Shown: piece by piece, positions 62,131 to 64,000 of the stretch | Numbering within the stretch: position 1 is the stretch's first letter | How the letters are laid out: each line of letters opens with the position of its first letter | Source of the DNA: Vitrella brassicaformis CCMP3155 | Taxonomy: Eukaryota > Protista > Chromerida | NCBI GenBank assembly: GCA_001179505.1 | Contig: CDMY01000077.1 | Coordinates: 124,001 to 188,000 of the forward strand | Length of the DNA: 64,000 bases | Reading direction: 5' to 3' | The notes under the pieces: model-generated | Seen by the model: the letters and a program-made list of their open reading frames with translations, nothing else | The model's database searches: none | What the model was told of the DNA's origin: nothing | Translations under genes and position numbers: made by a program

Positions 62131-64000
62131 ATGGTGGAGGCCCCCCCTGATACCGTGGCGCACACGGAAGAGATCCCTCTCGCCACCCACGACGATGTCG
62201 CATCGCCTGCACGCACCCGAATCGACGAGACAACCACCAGGAAGAGGGTGCCCAAGGTACGTATCGTGTGTCGTGGGAGGGAGACGACACTCAGGGGAGG
62301 AGGCGCATGGACGTCTCCCACATCTGCCTGTGCGTGTGTGGTGACTGGCTGGGTGTGTGCAGGGTCTGGAGCTGATATGGAACGACCTGCAGGGCATCGA
62401 GGACTCCAGCTCCGATGAGGACAGCACGGCCGACCGTGGTGTCCTCCTCTCGACGCCCACCTCGTCATGCGCCTTTGTGGGGGAGATCACGGAGGAGATC
62501 AAGGCCATGATACCGCGGGACGAAGACGGCAACCTGACCAGCATCGGCTCCATCGAACACGCCAAGGACCCCTCCAAGTGCCAGCCGTGCCTCTTCCACC
62601 ACCGACAGGGGTGCACCAACGGACTCGCATGCAGATTCTGTAAGCAGTGCACACACCATCGGAGTCTGACCTGACTGGCGGACGGGACGCAGACAGAGGG
62701 GAGGAGGGGGGAGACAGGCAGGAGACGGCAGCAACAAGGCAGATCCATCCGCATGGGCGAATGCTTGTTGATCTGGGCTGTGTGAGAGCCTATAATCGAT
62801 CGTGGGTCTGTGTGTGTGTGTTTGTCATGATGGTCAGGTCATTTTCCGCACACTCCCCGCAAGAAGAGTCGGGCATCAAAGAGGAAACGACTGCGGCAAA
62901 AGGCGCAGCAAAACGTTGAGGTGGGAGGGGGGAAGCTCACACCGTCTGTGCCACCCACTGCCCTACGTGTGTCCCCTCTGTGTGTGTCTAGGATGAGGCG
63001 GAGAACGCTCTGTCTCAGACCACTCAACTGCTCCTCTACCAGCCGGCAGCGGGTCAGTCACCACAGACACCCCATACAACACACAGAAGACTAGACTCCC
63101 CACTTGTCGACTCTTTCACCCTCTGTCTGTGTCTGCCTGTCTGTGTGTGTGTGTGTGTGGTCAGGTTTTCACCACAAGCTGTTCCCTCCGGTATCTCAGT
63201 CGAGGGAGGCCCTCCCGCTGCCCGTCCCCCACACACTCTCTGACCCCGACCCACACACAACCACCCGCACCGACCAGAACGACGCCGACAGCCACGCCTC
63301 CGAGGACGACTGCCTCGACGAGCGGTCATCCCACTCGCCATTCCTCCCATCCACCCGGCCGCTGGCGCGTGTCGTGCCGCCCCCTCTCGTCAAGAACGGC
63401 GCTGTCGTGGCGGCCACCATGTCGGCTCCGCCGGCATCGGCATCGTCGCAGCCCAGCAGCAGCAGTGCGCCGGACCCCACTCTCTCGCCGCCATCGGTCG
63501 CCTCGACGTCCCCCTTTTCAAACGCCCTCTTCCAGCCGACCCAGACCACCTTCAGCAGCCAGCAGGGGACCAAGGGGCGATCGCTGTCGTCGCTGCTGCC
63601 GCCACAGATGCTCATCAACATCAGCATGGGGCTGCCCGACGACACGCCCACGCCATCACCCTCACCGCCTGGCGCCCATCCCCTGTCGCTGGTCGACAAC
63701 CTGCCGGACCTGTTTCAGAGCCCACCGGTGCACTCGTTGCGTGAGAGGGGATGGGAGGGGGGCGGCGTCCGTGCGCCGCACTCGCCGCCCTCCTCGTCGC
63801 ACTCACACGCAGGAGCCACCCCGTCTCGCTTCCTCACGCACACACTGGGCGGAGACCTCTTCGGCGCCCCCACCACCGACACACACAAGCAGCGACCGGC
63901 GTTCCTTCGGCTGCCGTCATACCCCCTGCACACACACGAGACCACCACCAGCTTCGGCAGCTTTGGCAGCAGCAGCACGGGGGTGGGTGTGAGTGTGGGT
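62131..64000 (+). CDS. C3H1-type zinc-finger protein, alveolate-expanded type (partial, runs off right edge)
   Basis: Spliced PRDEDGNLTSIGSIEHAKDPSKCQPCLFHHRQGCTNGLACRF|CHFPHTPRKKSRASKRKR, followed by a Pro/Ser/Thr-rich exon. Confidence 0.75.

Noticed and set aside
1-64000. rRNA, tRNA, CRISPR arrays, prokaryotic operons, intact transposases or reverse transcriptases
   Set aside because: None seen by eye. The sequence is eukaryotic and spliceosomal. A short tRNA could be missed without tRNAscan.

Overview
Eukaryotic, GC-rich, intron-dense genomic window with three 300-N assembly gaps. The GT/CA/GACA/CATC microsatellite-rich introns and an intronless ankyrin-like gene with a family-typical C-terminus point to the chromerid Vitrella brassicaformis or a close alveolate (inference). 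Most ORFs in the six-frame track are noise from introns, so gene models were built by hand from GT..AG junctions and have approximate boundaries. Recognisable genes: an internally duplicated coiled-coil gene flanked by a Cys-to-Ser otubain motif and a frameshifted otubain (peptidase C65) domain; an intronless coiled-coil ORF; an aldo-keto reductase; a UBA-domain/sigma-class GST fusion; a HOOK-like coiled-coil protein; a probable mitochondrion-targeted protein; a TSP1-repeat membrane protein; an NDT1-like mitochondrial carrier; a single-domain voltage-gated cation channel with EF-hands; a large coiled-coil protein; a plastid-targeted PAP/fibrillin; an ankyrin-like gene with a premature stop; an EamA/DMT transporter; decayed PIF1/Helitron-like fragments; COG1; and a C3H1-type zinc-finger gene running off the right edge. 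The most unusual items are the UBA-GST fusion, the rearranged otubain locus, an ARM-repeat fragment reused in a different reading frame, and the single-domain TLEGW channel.
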